The notes beneath the pieces were generated by a model, which searched no databases, was not told where the DNA came from, and saw only the letters and a program-made list of their open reading frames with translations. From an uncultured Methanomicrobiales archaeon (GTDB lineage Archaea; Halobacteriota; Methanomicrobia; Methanomicrobiales; Methanospirillaceae): a stretch of DNA of 64,000 nt. The stretch spans positions 1,312,001-1,376,000 of the forward strand of contig OY969100.1 in NCBI GenBank assembly GCA_963697895.1, read 5' to 3'. Shown piece by piece: positions 9,309 through 20,620 of the stretch. The stretch's first letter is position 1, and each line of letters starts with the position of its first letter. A program made the translations under genes and the position numbers.

Positions 9309-12300
9309 ATGAAATCAAGAACACACCTGATGATGGGTATCCTTGTGATCCTGGTCATCGCGTTACTGGCCGGTGCCGTAACCGCGGTGGTCATCGAAGG
9401 AGATGCCCAGGTGGACTATTCCAACCAGCATAGTACCACCCAGCACTCGGCTACGGTCGAGAAGAATGTGAATGTAAAGCTGCAGAACAAAGCATCCGTC
9501 AAAGACGCAACGAACGGCGGAACAGACACCGCCACCAGCGGCGACGGGAAGATCACGGTCAACCTCAACTCAAACATCAAGGCGAGCGGCAAGACGACAG
9601 GGACCGGCACCGCGATCCTGAACGGCAGCGTCAAAGCCGAGGGGTCCGATGACGACTCCGGCAATGCCGTGATCAACTCGTCCATCACGAGCAGCGTGAC
9701 CCTCGACTCCGGTAACAAAGGAACGGCCGAGGGCGAGGTCTGCTCGTCCGGGACCGCATCCGCCACGTATAACGGGACCGAGATGCAGACGAATGTCTCC
9801 GGATCTTCCAAGGCAAGTGGTAAAGTGCAGAGTGCCTCCGTCAGCATACTCAATGCGACGGGAGGGATCACTTCCCAGGCATCCAATCTGCTGGATTATG
9901 ACCCCACGGTGAATGCCCTGATCTATGCCGACGTATACGGCGAGAACCAGGCCTCCGGCGGGGCCTGGGCCTCAGGGAACGCCTCCGCCAGTGCCGACAC
10001 GGGCAACCTGACCGCGTACGTAACGGGTACCACGAAGGCGGACGGCTCCGGAAAAGGCTCGGGCGGGTTTACCTCCAATGCGGCGATCGCATCCGAAGCA
10101 GTAGATCCGGCTGTTGCAATTCACGTAGCGAGCCAGATCTCGTCCAACAGTTCGGTATGGAGCGGAACCGGTAAGTATACCGCTACTGCCTCTTCATCCG
10201 CGTCCACACCGGTCGGGAAAGAGAACACAGCCTACTATGGACAGCCACCGTCTGAGACGCACGAATTCTACGTGAACACCACGGGAACGGCCAGCAGCAC
10301 CGCAGCCATCTGCGACAGCAAGGGTGAAGCCGGCAGCGAATCCCAGATCCTTGCATTTACTGACGTTCCCATGGCGATTTGCCAACTAGGGTTCGGACCC
10401 GAGTTCGCGTACGTGAACTTCACCTTCAGTCCCGAATATGCCGATGGGAGCGTCCTCCAGAGCGACGCCTGGGCAACCGGGTACGACAAGAATGCGAAGG
10501 TATCGGCGGCCGCTTCGACCAAGGGAGCCGCAAACGCGGTGCTCGATATCAACATAACTGAAGGCCCGTTGGAATTTATCACTTCTTCCGCCACCAATGC
10601 CATGGGGAACACCTCAGCGAAGGTCGACGTCAAGGGCTGTGGCGATGCGTACGCAGACTCCCAGATTGCCTCATTAGACCTGATCGGCGCTAATGAAGGT
10701 ACCTTCAGCCTTGACGTTATCAGCCCCATTGAAGACTCAGTCACTCTCCCACAGGTGCCGGATACGCAGAACCTGCCAAGTACTCCGATCACCGGAGATC
10801 TCAATTCACTCAATCCGGGTGTCATCCTGCAGCAGCCGAGCCCGCAACTCGAGTTCGATCTCCCTAATATCGATGTACTCGAGATCAGCATCATCTCCCA
10901 GTCGGTCTATGCCTCCGGCAGCGACAGTGGTAAAAAGACCGCCAACGCCTGCGCAGATGGCGTAACCGCGGCCGATGGGCAGCATACGACGACTTACATT
11001 ACCGGACCTGTGATTATCACTCAGGGAGCCACCGGGAGCAGTAATGCATCCGGCAGAGTCGAGGGCGGGGCGGTGGCCGGGACAAAGTCCGACCATGACC
11101 CGGCATCCGCATCGGTAATCCTCGGGGTCTCCGCACAGGGGATCGACGGGAACCAGGGGCTTGACGCGACCCTGATCGCGAGCACATCCGGGGCCGCATC
11201 CGGTAGCACCTGGGGCACGGCAACCGGGAATGCGAACGCAGCAGGAGGATTTGTTCCTAACGCAGCGCCATCGAGCTCTTCCGGCACGGTGAGCACGTCT
11301 GCCAATGCAAATGGCGGACTGGGGCTCTCTGCAGCGGCAATCGGTTCAGCTGATTTTGCATCTGACGAAGGAAACGGGGGCGACCTCGTGGATGTCGCCC
11401 TGATCGGGACCGGAGGATTCGCCGCCGGCACCGCAGGGGCGCACGCGTTCGCAGACGGCCAGACCGAAGCGAACGGGTCCATCAACCATACGGTCTTAAT
11501 TGGCGATCCTACTTATCTAACCCTGCTGAATGTCACTTCGGCTGCCTTTGCCGATGGCACGGCATGCTCCGATGTCAGCACCAAGAACGGCGTCGCTCTT
11601 GCGGCCGATGTCCTCCTATCCGGTGAAAATTCCGGTGGCGGTGGATTCGACTCCTCCGGTGGCGGTGGCGGCACCGCAGGGAGCATGGTCGGCCAGGTCG
11701 TATTCGCCCAGCAGTTCGGCAAATCCGGTTCTGCAAAAGCGGATACCAGGGCCGACGGCGAGGCTGGTACCAGCAGCACCTTCTATGTAGATCTTGGTCC
11801 GGGCGAGAACGGTCCGATGTACATATCCGGATCCGGTACAACCGATGCCTCCGGAACGGCGAGCGGAAGCGCGAACGCCGGCTGTGGAGACCCGCTCTCT
11901 GCATCGTCGATCGTCGCCTTCACCGAATTCGGTGGCGGGGGTGCCGGAGTAGACAGCTCATTCGTTGGAGGCGGTGAGACCTACGACGCTGCGCTCATCA
12001 GCAGCCTTTCCGCATCGTGGGGCAAGTCGGCCGATACCTGGGGAGCTGCTGACGGCACTGCCCTTGCAGACTCATCCCTTGTCGTGAACACCACACCAGA
12101 GGATGAAAGCCTCTTTATCTGGAACTCCACGAGCAGCGCAGATGCCAAGGTCAAGACCACGGCCAGCACCAAGAGCCCAGAGAGTTTCGCCCTCGGGGTT
12201 GCAGCCCAGGGTGCGTCCAGCGAAGTAGAGGCCTCCATTCTGAACGAGGGAGGCACTGTCGAAGAGCATGCCATCACCCTCGACGGAGCGCTGTCACTGG

Positions 12301-13886
12301 CGGCAGGCGACGGTAAGGCTACGGCCGACGTCAACAAGGAAGAGAAGACGTATAAGAAAGGAAAAACACTCGTGGTCGAGTGTGTTCCCATCGTTAACCG
12401 GGAGGCAACGGCGCTCTCCCAGTTCACCGCGGATACAACCGATGACGGAATACCCGACGTGAACGTCACATCCACTTCGTTCTCGGGATCCAGTGCCAGC
12501 TCCGCGGCCGAAGCCGCGAAGGGCGGGTTTGGCTTTGCACTCGCGGGTGAAGCCTCAGGGTCGTTCACCGACCTCGATGCAAGCGGCGAGGTACCGATCG
12601 CTGACCAGGACGTCTTCTCCGTGATCGCGGATGTCGTCGCAGCGGACCCGGATAACCCCAAGGAAACCGCCAAGGCTTCCGGGTCAGCAACCGGGGAGAC
12701 CAATGCGTTCAGCTTCGCAGCGGTACCGAACTGGAACGGAACGCAGTCCAGCGCTGCGAATGGCAGTGTTTCGGGATCGGCCGAGGCCGGCGATACCTGC
12801 AAAGACCCGATCTCCGCATCGCTGATCCTCTCCTTCGGGGAGAACAATGCGTATCCCGACCCCGCGAATGCCGCTGTCCCGGTCATGGACAGCCGGGACT
12901 CGACACTGATCGCCACCCTGTCGGCGACTGGCGGGGACAATGGGAAGACCGGCGGAACGGCTAAGGGATCTGCCGTCGCAACAGGATCCCAGGTGACGGC
13001 TCCGTACGACGGATACAGCCCGATCGTTGCCCCGAGTGCAAACGCATCGAGCAAGGCGGATGTGACCAGCTACGCCTCGGCCGTCAAGGGAGAGGCGCTC
13101 GGTGTCTCCGGCGTCGGATCCACGAGCGATGCGCATGTCGACATCAACCTCGAGACCGTCACCGACGAAAACCTCCTCTTCAGCTACGCCGCCGGGGAAG
13201 GGTACGGCAAGAAGTCGAAGGTGGATGCCTGTGCCAGTTACGATGCCGTCGGCACCGCAACGGCTGACAGCAACATACTCGATATCGATCCGGTCGTCCC
13301 CAAGGTGGTCTCCAACGCGAGCGCTGCCGGCAAGGGGGTCAGCACCGTTCAGGTCAGCGACGGGAACGAAGCGGAAGCGCTCACCTTCGGATGGGTACAG
13401 CAGAACGCCTCGATCAACTACTCGATCGCATTTGACAACAACGATCCCGCGAATGCCTCACACGCCGACGCCCTCGCACTCTTCGGTGCAGAGGTGAACG
13501 CGACCAACGATGCGAAGGGGACCTTTGCGAATGCGGACATGACGAAGGTGAACCTCTCCGCCGCGGCACGGGCCGGGCCGTACAACAACATCGTCAACAT
13601 CCCGGAAGACAATGCCACGGTGAGTGTCGCCAACGGTCACACCTGGGCGTTCCTGGACCCGGACGGCGGAATATCCCACAACGGGTTCCTCGACATCGAC
13701 ACCCTGGCGACGTACACCGAGACGAGCAACGGAAACACGACCAACGGGAAGTTCATCACCGCCGACCTGATCTCCGACCCGAATTACGGGTATACCCATG
13801 GAGGTTCCTGGGCCGACAGCGACAACCCGTCACCGGTCCCGTTCCCGCCCCGCGACTACATCCTGCCTATGCTCCCGCCCATCTAG
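9309..13886 (+). CDS. Giant secreted Ala/Gly/Ser/Thr-rich surface protein (~1525 aa)
   Basis: Signal peptide MKSRTHLMMGILVILVIALLAGAVTA; low-complexity, beta-like repeats; many sequons; Pro-rich C-terminus with no TM anchor. Confidence 0.85.
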   Translation: MKSRTHLMMGILVILVIALLAGAVTAVVIEGDAQVDYSNQHSTTQHSATVEKNVNVKLQNKASVKDATNGGTDTATSGDGKITVNLNSNIKASGKTTGTGTAILNGSVKAEGSDDDSGNAVINSSITSSVTLDSGNKGTAEGEVCSSGTASATYNGTEMQTNVSGSSKASGKVQSASVSILNATGGITSQASNLLDYDPTVNALIYADVYGENQASGGAWASGNASASADTGNLTAYVTGTTKADGSGKGSGGFTSNAAIASEAVDPAVAIHVASQISSNSSVWSGTGKYTATASSSASTPVGKENTAYYGQPPSETHEFYVNTTGTASSTAAICDSKGEAGSESQILAFTDVPMAICQLGFGPEFAYVNFTFSPEYADGSVLQSDAWATGYDKNAKVSAAASTKGAANAVLDINITEGPLEFITSSATNAMGNTSAKVDVKGCGDAYADSQIASLDLIGANEGTFSLDVISPIEDSVTLPQVPDTQNLPSTPITGDLNSLNPGVILQQPSPQLEFDLPNIDVLEISIISQSVYASGSDSGKKTANACADGVTAADGQHTTTYITGPVIITQGATGSSNASGRVEGGAVAGTKSDHDPASASVILGVSAQGIDGNQGLDATLIASTSGAASGSTWGTATGNANAAGGFVPNAAPSSSSGTVSTSANANGGLGLSAAAIGSADFASDEGNGGDLVDVALIGTGGFAAGTAGAHAFADGQTEANGSINHTVLIGDPTYLTLLNVTSAAFADGTACSDVSTKNGVALAADVLLSGENSGGGGFDSSGGGGGTAGSMVGQVVFAQQFGKSGSAKADTRADGEAGTSSTFYVDLGPGENGPMYISGSGTTDASGTASGSANAGCGDPLSASSIVAFTEFGGGGAGVDSSFVGGGETYDAALISSLSASWGKSADTWGAADGTALADSSLVVNTTPEDESLFIWNSTSSADAKVKTTASTKSPESFALGVAAQGASSEVEASILNEGGTVEEHAITLDGALSLAAGDGKATADVNKEEKTYKKGKTLVVECVPIVNREATALSQFTADTTDDGIPDVNVTSTSFSGSSASSAAEAAKGGFGFALAGEASGSFTDLDASGEVPIADQDVFSVIADVVAADPDNPKETAKASGSATGETNAFSFAAVPNWNGTQSSAANGSVSGSAEAGDTCKDPISASLILSFGENNAYPDPANAAVPVMDSRDSTLIATLSATGGDNGKTGGTAKGSAVATGSQVTAPYDGYSPIVAPSANASSKADVTSYASAVKGEALGVSGVGSTSDAHVDINLETVTDENLLFSYAAGEGYGKKSKVDACASYDAVGTATADSNILDIDPVVPKVVSNASAAGKGVSTVQVSDGNEAEALTFGWVQQNASINYSIAFDNNDPANASHADALALFGAEVNATNDAKGTFANADMTKVNLSAAARAGPYNNIVNIPEDNATVSVANGHTWAFLDPDGGISHNGFLDIDTLATYTETSNGNTTNGKFITADLISDPNYGYTHGGSWADSDNPSPVPFPPRDYILPMLPPI

Positions 13887-14624
13887 GCGGTGAACCACGG
13901 AAAGGGGTAACTCTTTCCGGTATCTTCTTTTTTCTCCTAATCTCCCATCCCACTTCGAGCAAGAATTCCTGCAGCTGATCCGATACACAACACATCGTAC
14001 CTGGTGAGTGGCAAGAACCTGCATTCAATGCCGGATTCCTGGAGATCGTCTCTCCCCTTCTACGCGGTCAGAACCCGAAATAAACAATCATTTTAATCAG
14101 GCTTCCTACGGATTCGGAACATCAGTTCATATGAGTATTCATCGGGACAAATGGCGGTCGAAAAAACGCCGATTCAGGAATCAACCTCTTTTTTTCACCA
14201 ACATTTTCATTGTCTCTCCAGCTAAGCAAATGAACAACACCGGCGGAAATTACGTGACACGAGGGCACATTTTCCGATAAAAATTACGAGCTTGAACCAT
14301 ACTCTAGGACATACCCCATAACTATTGCCGTTCTAACATTATTCAGAAGACAGGCGGATATCGCCACTCGCAAAGTTCAATCCCATCGAGATATTCGCTT
14401 GAGGCGATCGGTTCCTCGTTAAACACAGGCGATCGCCAGGTTTCAATCCCGGTCCTTATCGGATAGGCGGTAAAATGCGAGCTGGATAATATTTTTTCGG
14501 AAGACCTTCACGATCATCCGCGAATCCCGGGAACGGACCGATACGATAACCCGGAACTAAGAGCGATTAATAAATTTACGGGTGATATCCTCTCGGATCA
14601 CCCGTCCTGATTTCCCGAATGTGT

Positions 14625-15092
14625 TCAGTATGCTGATGTCTTTGATGGGATCGGGAAGCTCCTGTACTGGAGTACTATCTTTCCGGATCCATCATACATT
14701 GACAGGGTGGTTCCATCGGAACTGATCGCCCATGACTTTGCCATCGGGAGATCCGCAAGGTATGCTGACTCCTGGTCCATCAGCCCCGCCGGTTCCGCAC
14801 AGAACATTAGCGTGGATGTTGGCGTCGAGATCGTGATCGCGTTTCCATTCACTGACCAGGTGGCTGCATACTGGTTGCAACCGGCGCTGCCGGAGAGCTG
14901 CCCGTTGGTCCCGAACGTTGCGGTGACATTCGTCCCGCTGATGACAGGTGAATATACCCCGGTTGAATTTACGTAATACGCGAGATTCCATGACGAACCG
15001 AGAAGCTGCGGTGTGGTCGTATAGGTCGTGCATCCGGCAACCAGAACGGCTGCCAGACAAATGCCTGCTATAATCGGAAGTACGAGTCTCAT
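14625..15092 (-). CDS. META-domain (HslJ-like) lipoprotein
   Basis: Lipobox LVAGC; GSAGCNQY and STLMFC motifs of the META domain. Confidence 0.9.
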   Translation of the reverse strand: MRLVLPIIAGICLAAVLVAGCTTYTTTPQLLGSSWNLAYYVNSTGVYSPVISGTNVTATFGTNGQLSGSAGCNQYAATWSVNGNAITISTPTSTLMFCAEPAGLMDQESAYLADLPMAKSWAISSDGTTLSMYDGSGKIVLQYRSFPIPSKTSAY

Positions 15093-15229
15093 AGGTATCG
15101 TTCAACGGATGGATTTTAGGGTATATAATACTTCCCGAAAAGACCCGGTCATCGGATAAGAGAATGCCCGAAAACCCGATACTGTCCGACAACAGACTCT
15201 TAACGGTCCTGGACAACAGTACAACATTC

Positions 15230-15880
15230 ATGAAAATAATCCGGCTCGCCGCCATCGCAGTCCTCATCGTAACATTCATCATTACCCTCCTTTCGTATCC
15301 CGTTCTACCCGATCCTATTGTGGTCCACTGGAATGCCGCCGGTGAGGCGGACGGGTATATGTCGAAACTCTTTGGGCTGTTCCTGACCCCGCTGATCATG
15401 CTCGGGCTCGCCGCCCTGTTCGCAGTTCTCCCGCGGATCGACCCCCTCAAGAAGAATTATGCACAATTCCGGAACTATTACGATGGATTGATCCTTGCAA
15501 TCCTCCTGTTTATGGGGATCATCCAGTTCCAGCTGATCCTCTGGAACCTGGGGGTACAGATAAGCCCCAACCTCACGTTTCCCATAATCTTCGGTATTCT
15601 GTCTATTTATATCGGATTCGTCCTCGACCACGCGGAACAGAACTGGTTCGTGGGAATCCGGACGCCCTGGACGCTCTCCAGTGAAACGGTATGGAAGAAG
15701 ACCCATGCAATGGGGGGAAAATTATTCAAAATAGCCGGTGTCATCTGTTTTATCGGGGTATTGTTCCCCGATTATGCATTCTGGTTTATTCTGATCCCCA
15801 TTATCGCGGTGGCCCTGTATACCGTCGTGTTTTCGTACTGGGAATACCAAAAAGAAATCCGGGAACGGGTGCCTGCATAA
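15230..15880 (+). CDS. SdpI/YfhL family membrane protein (DUF1648 + SdpI)
   Basis: LPDPIVVHWNAAGEADGY (DUF1648) and NWFVGIRTPWTLSSETVWKKTH (SdpI). Confidence 0.9.
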   Translation: MKIIRLAAIAVLIVTFIITLLSYPVLPDPIVVHWNAAGEADGYMSKLFGLFLTPLIMLGLAALFAVLPRIDPLKKNYAQFRNYYDGLILAILLFMGIIQFQLILWNLGVQISPNLTFPIIFGILSIYIGFVLDHAEQNWFVGIRTPWTLSSETVWKKTHAMGGKLFKIAGVICFIGVLFPDYAFWFILIPIIAVALYTVVFSYWEYQKEIRERVPA

Positions 15881-15903
15881 CCGTTCCCGGACGGGGTTCG
15901 GTA

Positions 15904-16257
15904 TCATGCCATACTCACGCCCGGGGTTCCCGAAATTACATCATAAGTTATTCCCAGTGCGAGAGTAGTCGCGACAAATCCGAGCATCACCCCGGCGAGA
16001 ACGAGAGTCAGCCCCTTCCTACCCTTTTTCGCACCTTTGATGTAAATTTCATAGGTCAGGTACAGGGCCACGAAGAAGATGGCAAAACTTATTATTGAAA
16101 TAACAATCTGCAGGTCGGCCGAAACCATGGCCTCAATCTCTGGCCGTGCGGTATCCCAGGCGAGAGCAATGAGATTGCCCAGACCCGGAAGGCCCAGCCT
16201 GAGCGTGACGCCCGATATGATTGCGGAGATGAACAGTCTGCGATCTCTTCTTCTCAT
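15904..16257 (-). CDS. Small membrane protein, unknown function
   Basis: 117 aa with about three hydrophobic segments; fills the gap between neighbouring genes. Confidence 0.65.
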   Translation of the reverse strand: MRRRDRRLFISAIISGVTLRLGLPGLGNLIALAWDTARPEIEAMVSADLQIVISIISFAIFFVALYLTYEIYIKGAKKGRKGLTLVLAGVMLGFVATTLALGITYDVISGTPGVSMA

Positions 16258-16505
16258 ACAGTGGTGACTATCCAGTATCTGTTCCGTAGAACGATTAACC
16301 TCTCCCCGTCGTGAATTTTGGGCTGAAGGGTCATTTTAAGGCAGATCTCCGGGATAAGTTCCATTTGTCTGAAAAATTATTCCCCTCCCTCGGACCTGCA
16401 GACAAAGAGATGACTTTTAAGTCCGGATATCCGAAGATATCAAGGAATAGGGATGAACCGGAGGGGTTTTGTCGATGATCGAAATCTATTTCATGAGCCT
16501 AGCAT

Positions 16506-16892
16506 ATGTCACCATCTATGTCGAACATAGCGTATTTCGAAGTGCCCGTGGATGACCTGAAGCGGGCGAGAAAATTCTATTCCGATCTCCTCGGGTGGGA
16601 GTTTATGCCGACCGATGTTCCGGATATTCCCATGGAGTATTGGAATATCACGACAGGAGCGGCCAAGGAGGGAACCCTGAACATGGGAGGGATGTACCAG
16701 CGGCAGGGCCCGATGGGAGGCATCCTCACGTATGTAAAAGTCGATAAGATCGACAAGACCCTCGCACGGGTGGAGAAGCTCGGGGGAAAAGTCATAAACC
16801 CAAAGATGACGATAAAAACGGTCGGGAGTATGGCGACAATCCTCGATAGCGAAGGAAATGTGATCGCACTCTGGGAACAGGAAAAAAAATAG
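16506..16892 (+). CDS. VOC/glyoxalase family protein
   Basis: YFEVPVDDLKRARKFYSDLLGW ... DSEGNVIALW. Confidence 0.9.
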   Translation: MSPSMSNIAYFEVPVDDLKRARKFYSDLLGWEFMPTDVPDIPMEYWNITTGAAKEGTLNMGGMYQRQGPMGGILTYVKVDKIDKTLARVEKLGGKVINPKMTIKTVGSMATILDSEGNVIALWEQEKK

Positions 16893-17045
16893 ATCGTTTT
16901 GGACCCGGATATCGCGGAGTCTGATTCCGTTCAGGTACCTATCCTGTACTTACCGGTCCAGTCATTCGACCCCATAATCAATAACTCCCGGTGAGAATTA
17001 TCCATCCAGAACAAATGCACTATGTCGGTTTGTGACAGGTGTTTC

Positions 17046-17837
17046 ATGAAAATTCTCGTTATCATGGGAAGTCCCCGGAAAGGCAATACCTACCGGGCGG
17101 CCGGCCGTATCGAAGCCGCGATGCATACGTTCGGCGAGGTCCGGTTCGAGTATCTGATGCTCCGGGAGGCGAATCTCGGGTCATGCACCGGATGTTTCGT
17201 CTGTTTTGAGAAAGGAGAAGAGCTTTGCCCGATAAAGGATAAGGCCCGGGAGATCGAGCAGATGATGCATGACGCCGACGGGGTCGTATTTGCCAGTCCT
17301 GTCTACGGGATGAATGTCTCCGGACTGATGAAAACGTTCATCGACCGGTTCTCCTACATCTTTCACCGGCCCCGGTTCTTCGATAAAAAGGCGCTGCTCC
17401 TTACAACGACCGGCGCTCTCGGCCAGAAAGATGTCCTGAAATATCTTCACCTGGTTGCCCGGGTATGGGGATTCGAGGTAGTGGATCAGGTGGGACTCGT
17501 GACTCCCCGGGAAGAAAACCCCGAACACCGCAGAAAAGAATACGATACGCAGATTACTGCAGCTGCACGGAAATTTTACGACTCCATTTCGAGCGGGAAC
17601 CGTTCATCCCCCGGACTCATGGATCTCATCATTTTTAATGCACAGCGGGTCTCCTTCAACGAACTGAGGGAAGAGGCCCCGGTTGATTACGAATACTGGA
17701 AAAACAAGGGGTGGCTCGGGAAGGGAAGAAAATATTACGTGGACGTTCCGGTAAACCCGGTCTACCACCTGATCGGGAGGATCGCCGGGTGGTTCGTTCT
17801 CCGCCAGGTGCGAAGAGACCGGCTGGAGCGGTGGTGA
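17046..17837 (+). CDS. Flavodoxin-like NAD(P)H-dependent FMN reductase / iron-sulfur flavoprotein family
   Basis: GSPRKGNT, CTGCFVC...C cluster, ASPVY, MKTFIDR. Confidence 0.88.
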   Translation: MKILVIMGSPRKGNTYRAAGRIEAAMHTFGEVRFEYLMLREANLGSCTGCFVCFEKGEELCPIKDKAREIEQMMHDADGVVFASPVYGMNVSGLMKTFIDRFSYIFHRPRFFDKKALLLTTTGALGQKDVLKYLHLVARVWGFEVVDQVGLVTPREENPEHRRKEYDTQITAAARKFYDSISSGNRSSPGLMDLIIFNAQRVSFNELREEAPVDYEYWKNKGWLGKGRKYYVDVPVNPVYHLIGRIAGWFVLRQVRRDRLERW

Positions 17838-18121
17838 GGTGGAGATACACCGGGAGAATCGGGATATTCCATTGTGGAGACGATAAGGTGGATCTTAAAG
17901 GGTGGAGTAAATCAGACCTCCCGGTAGGGAATGCCTGAGATATCGGTGTAACGTGCTCGTTTAAATTCTTTCAGGTCGAAATGGACCCTGAATGATTCAA
18001 TCGGTTATCCAGCGGGTTCACTGCTTGTGCCGGGGGCATTGCACCAATATTAGTATCCACTCCCACACCGTTAGGCAGGGATTCGAATCCGCACGGATCG
18101 ATATCCCGGGAGGTAAATGCG

Positions 18122-18286
18122 ATGAATTTCAACTATGGAAGAGAGATCACGGTTGCAATGGCTCACCGCACCAGGGAAGTACTTCTTGCCCGAAGGGCAC
18201 TCTGTGCTGCCGCGGGGATCCATACGACCACGGTAGTCATGCTCCTCGCATGCCTCGCTATTCCCATTCACGCGGTTCTTGCATAA
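18122..18286 (+). CDS. Possible 54-aa small membrane protein
   Basis: Read manually as MNFNYGREIT...VVMLLACLAIPIHAVLA*; GGAGG upstream; hydrophobic C-terminus; below the ORF-track cutoff. Confidence 0.3.
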   Translation: MNFNYGREITVAMAHRTREVLLARRALCAAAGIHTTTVVMLLACLAIPIHAVLA

Positions 18287-18523
18287 CCGGTGAATACGCA
18301 CGCACCATACGAGATCTACGAATGATCCTGCCGAACCCCGAACCGTAAAATGCGCGAAAGATCCGGCAGGAACCAAAATATCCTTTATTGCGATCACGGC
18401 CGAAGATCCGGCTGCATCTCCGGTGAATTGTGCATATATTTTCATGCGCTTCTGACCTATTGGTCTGGGCATGTTCCCAGCGAATCCTTTTTCCGTTCCC
18501 CGGTGTGATAATCCAGACTGACC

Positions 18524-19400
18524 ATGAGTACCCTTCTCGACCAGGTGGCCCTGGGGGCGATCATCGATATCCTCTGGATTATCATCCTCGTCCTTGTCAT
18601 CTTCTTCATATTCATTATCCCGATGATGCAGCGGCGGACGATCAATTCTGCCCGGAGGCGACTTCTTTTCGGTCTCGGGCAGAAACGGAAGTCCCAGGTG
18701 ATAACCCTCATTCACCGGCAGGAGACCGTAAGCCTGCTCGGGATTCCGATCGTCCATTATATCGATATCGATGACAGCGAGGAAGTGCTCCGTGCGATCC
18801 GGAGCACGCCCCCGGACGTTCCAATCGACCTGATCCTCCATACACCGGGAGGGCTCGCCCTCAGCTGCGACCCAGATCGCACTCGCCCTGCGGGCACATC
18901 CCGGGCAAAAGACGGTGATCATCCCCCACTATGCGATGAGCGGCGGGACTATGATAGCGCTCGCGGCAGACCGGATCATCATGGACCCGCATGCCGCACT
19001 GGGTCCGGTCGACCCGCAGTTGCTGGACCAGACCGGGATTTATCCTGCAGTCTCCCTCCTTAATGTCCTGGAAAAGAAGCATATCAACCGGATCGATGAC
19101 CGGACGGTGATGCTCGCGGATGAAGCAAAGAAGGCGATAGACCAGACGGACTCCCTCATCAGGAAGCTTCTCGCCGATCGGTACTCGCCGGAGCAGATCG
19201 ATCGGGTGTCAATTGAGCTCGCTTCCGGGAAGTACCCCCACGACCACCCGCTCATGGCAGAAGATGTGGTAGAGCTCCTCGGAGATTCGGTATCGACCAC
19301 CGTGCCGGGAGAGGTCTACGACCTGATGAAACTCTACCGGATGGAGGTCGCCCGAAGAAGGCCTGGCGTGGAATATGTCCCTGTAGCACCAAAGAGATGA
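18524..19400 (+). pseudogene. SDH-family Clp-fold serine protease (DUF114), split by a +1 frameshift
   Basis: Removing A18863 joins LHTPGGLAL to AATQIALAL...PHYAMSGGTMIALAAD...LGPVDPQ. May be a sequencing error rather than a true pseudogene. Confidence 0.85.
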
Positions 19401-19579
19401 GGATAGAGCCAGGTTAAATCTCCGCAGGGATACCTGTCCGGGTACTAACCCTCCTGTCTTATTTCCTTTTTTTTTACGGGTTAGTCCCCCGGCAGCATGA
19501 AACATATCCCTATTTCGGACAGGTCTATACTGAACGCCCTGAGAAATGTTTATCCATATCAAGGCTGAATCGTGCATCC

Positions 19580-20371
19580 ATGAACCGGTGGATCCTGGTC
19601 CTCCTCATTGCAGTACTCATCCCGGGAATAGGGCAGAGTGTACCTGCAGACAGCTCGATGATCGCCGCGATCGGGAACCTCGTGCCGTTGCGAGGTACAG
19701 CACCCGGGGCCGAGTCGGTCTACCTCTTCCTCACGGGACCGAACCTTCCGTCTAATGGGGTGCGCCTGGAGGATGTTTCATCCCCGGTCATCTCCGGTGA
19801 TCCCGGCACGTTTACCCGGGCCTCGGTTTCCCAGGATCGGTGGGAATATAACTGGTATACGAATGCAGGGGGAAGGCTTGATGCCGGGACCTATACCGTC
19901 TATGTGGTCACTACCCCGGTTGGGCGTGAAGACCTGGATGGAGCGGTTTATTCGACGATCTCGGTGACCCTGACCACCCCGGTACTGATCGTTCCGCCGA
20001 CGGGGTCCCTCATAATAAGGTCCATCCCTTCCGGAGCGGAGGTGCGGGTCGACGGCGTTCTGCAGGAGACCACGCCGGTTGTATTGACCGGGGTTCCGGA
20101 AGGGGTCCACCAGGTCGAGGTTCAGCTACCCGGCTATGCCCCCGTCTTCCGCACGATAACGGTTACCGCAGGGGAGGCTGCTGAGGTGGATGCGGCACTC
20201 GCCCCGGTAACCAGTCCGCAAACCACCGTCCTCACGACTTCCGTCACATCACCTCCCGGGACTTCCGTCCCGACACCATCACCCACCACAGCCGGATGGC
20301 CCGTCGTGATCGCCCCGCTCTGTCTCGCCGCTGCCGCCATGTGGTTTCATCACCGCCGGAGTTCTCTCTGA
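19580..20371 (+). CDS. Exported PEGA-domain protein with an S-layer-glycoprotein-like Ig domain and C-terminal membrane anchor
   Basis: Signal peptide; YLFLTGPNLP...LDAGTYTVY as in Methanomicrobiales S-layer glycoproteins; PEGA (SIPSGAEVRVDG); Thr/Pro linker, TM helix and basic tail. Confidence 0.8.
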   Translation: MNRWILVLLIAVLIPGIGQSVPADSSMIAAIGNLVPLRGTAPGAESVYLFLTGPNLPSNGVRLEDVSSPVISGDPGTFTRASVSQDRWEYNWYTNAGGRLDAGTYTVYVVTTPVGREDLDGAVYSTISVTLTTPVLIVPPTGSLIIRSIPSGAEVRVDGVLQETTPVVLTGVPEGVHQVEVQLPGYAPVFRTITVTAGEAAEVDAALAPVTSPQTTVLTTSVTSPPGTSVPTPSPTTAGWPVVIAPLCLAAAAMWFHHRRSSL

Positions 20372-20620
20372 ATAAAAGAGGAACATCCACATCGAATTGA
20401 CAGGTTCTGCAATACGGGCTTCCTCTGATCTCGTGGGGATCATTCCTGCACCGTATGCACCCATAGGGATCTTCCAGTACAGTGTTCTCTAAAATGCAGC
20501 GATCTCATGGTCAGAGACGTGGTTCTCCCGCGAAGGTCACGTATCTTTTTATAGGGGTGTGCAGAAGTAATGCCCAAACCCCTGACATTCTGGAAAAATG
20601 TGAGGGAAAGGTGAACGATA

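Noticed and set aside
14370-14470. GTTCAATCCC / GTTTCAATCCC resembling the start of a CRISPR repeat
   Set aside because: Only two short partial matches, no full repeat-spacer periodicity, and no cas genes.
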